Part shown: positions 61,955-64,000 of the stretch, piece by piece
Numbering within the stretch: the stretch's first letter is position 1
Layout: the number at the start of each line of letters is the position of its first letter
Origin: Tubulanus polymorphus
Lineage: Eukaryota; Animalia; Nemertea
Assembly (NCBI RefSeq): GCF_964204645.1
Contig: NW_027437439.1
Span: 1-64,000 of the forward strand
Length of the DNA: 64,000 bases
Direction: 5' to 3'
Program-made: the position numbers and the translations under genes
The notes under the pieces: model-generated
Told to the model about the DNA's origin: nothing
Seen by the model: only the letters and a program-made list of their open reading frames with translations
The model's database searches: none

Positions 61955-64000
61955 TATTCACGAGGCTCGAATTTAGAATCGAATGGAAGTGTACTAACTG
62001 TCCTGTAAGATTTATTCTTAACAGCGAATAGAAAATCTATTCTCCGAAATCTAGCACAATCTACTGGTATGTTGTGAAACTTACTGCGTGAAATAAAAAT
62101 TCAACTTAGTCAAATGAAAATATACAACATGCGAGAATTCATCGTATTTAAAAACATTTGAAAGCATGTGACGCGACAAATAAGGAAAATACAGTTAATT
62201 TCCCTGTTTTCGGCTTAAATTTGAAGTAGATGAAAACCTGTTTTCTTTGAATTGAAGCCACGGGAACCACTTAACCTCATTTTCAAGCCTGCTTAGAATT
62301 GGCGATGTTGGGTTATTATGTCATTGATTTGCACAAAACGCACACCAGTATAATCAAATTCCCATCCTCGATGGCAAGCGTTTCCAAAAACCCAGCAACA
62401 GTGAGTTCCGGGAACTCATTTTGACATGGAATGTTGGAATCCCAGCCTTCGATAATTGCCCGTCTTTCTAATGGCCCAATAGGGTCAAATACCGTGATTT
62501 ACGGACCTAAGAGTTAACGCGGCATTAAACATTTTAAACCTGCCAGGGAATCGAATTTAAATCAAGTAGAAAATAAAGAAAAACTCAAAAAAACTATTCT
62601 ATCTTATATATTACTATTATTAGGTCCACTGCATATAAACCTAAATTGAAACCTCATTAATCAGTGGGTTGTACACTATACATCTTTTTAAACATATTAT
62701 AACAATCGAAATTTTAGGTTCCAAAACCTGGAACAAAGTTCCGTAATTATGAAAGTCACAATTATTGTAGATAAGTTACTTTATCAAATTCTGATGCTTG
62801 ATAGACTAGCGTATAAAACATATTTGCAGAGTGTAAGCGCATTTATTTTCCAACCTCCCAATAAAAACCACGAGAAATAGTATTATACACTACAATGACG
62901 TCACTACATGCGCAATGAATCAATAGGCAATAGGCCTACAGACTGTTGTTTATTTTGTTAGTAGCTGGGTGTGTGCAAAACAAAGCATTCAAGGTCCAAG
63001 TTCAAATTCTGTCAAAGAAATGATTTTATTTCTTTAGTTTTGTTTGCTTCTTTATTAACGAAATTAATTGAATATCCGTTTGGTTGAATGACAGGACTTC
63101 ATTTCATCTGATCTCCATTCTTGTGTAGGCCTATAGGCAATAACGGGCGTCAGGAAATAAACAGTCAATCTTTACTACAATGCTGCATCAGTGCTTTGAC
63201 TTTTATTATAAATCTCCAGCAATAATTTATCATGTGTATATGGAGATGATGATGCCCGCACAAATACCCGTGCCTAAATCCGTATTATCGGGGTACTAAA
63301 ATGGTCTGATCGCTTTTGTTTCATATGGCGAATTAATCGAATTCAATCGAAAACATACCCCAAGCAATATTGTTTCTGAAGTATACTTCAGAAACAATAT
63401 TCTCTATTATTCTCAATTATCATTTGGTCACTGTCACCTAGAGTTGATAAACAAGGTTATGAAATTGTAATTCTGATCGTAGTATTTAATTCGAAGTAAG
63501 GATTGCATACTGCAGAGATTGTCAAATAGTGGAAACATGCAATATTTTAGAAACCCGTGGATAATTCTTTTCACAAAGGTGTTGTGGAATATATGTATGT
63601 AGAATCATTGAATTAATGTTAAATATAAATTATCCATTTTCACGTGACCTTAATTAGCCAATGGTCTTTGCTCTATGGGCTGAGGTTCGAATCTAATCAA
63701 CAACTCGTACTCCTCGAATCAAAATATTAAGTTATCAATCCTTAAAATGATTCGTGTGCTTCGCTGGCGTTCACAGTACACTTTGAAGGGATTACCGTCA
63801 ATCATCTAGTGCTCAGTAGAAATAGTAACATCGATATATGTTTTTCTTAATCAAGATGAGAATCATCGATTAACATGTTATGAAATTAAATTTGGAAGCG
63901 CTAGATTTTTATGTGGCGGATTATTACCCGTTACCCAGGTAGATTCACGCTTATCAATCAACAACCGTGTTAACGCGTCATCTTCCTTTATAAATACATA

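Overview
AT-rich, intron-containing animal (invertebrate, probably lophotrochozoan-type) genomic DNA, not a prokaryotic region; most short ORFs in the track are repeat artefacts. Genes reconstructed by hand from splice sites and reading-frame phase: (1) a GDPD5/GDE2-like membrane glycerophosphodiester phosphodiesterase with 13 coding exons on the minus strand (13024->2006, 570 aa); (2) an intronless class A GPCR (29323-30267) with a decayed inverted paralogue at 61075-61954; (3) a 5-exon secreted protein with a PAN/apple-like module plus an uncharacterised ~190-aa domain (minus, 42231->34630, 296 aa); (4) a very large GRL101-like (type C2 LGR) receptor, SP-CUB-like-C-type lectin x2-LDLa x~7-LRR-7TM (51708-59462). 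In (4) the first ~1097 codons are open but the LDLa-LRR-7TM half is cut off by a frameshift and two nonsense codons. The first 25 kb is crowded with MITEs (CTG-target PIF/Harbinger-like, TTAA piggyBac-like) and minisatellites, several of which match MITE termini or interiors. The rest holds decayed LINEs (one nested), a Helitron remnant, a 548-bp foldback element, other TIR elements and a degenerate Penelope-type hammerhead motif.
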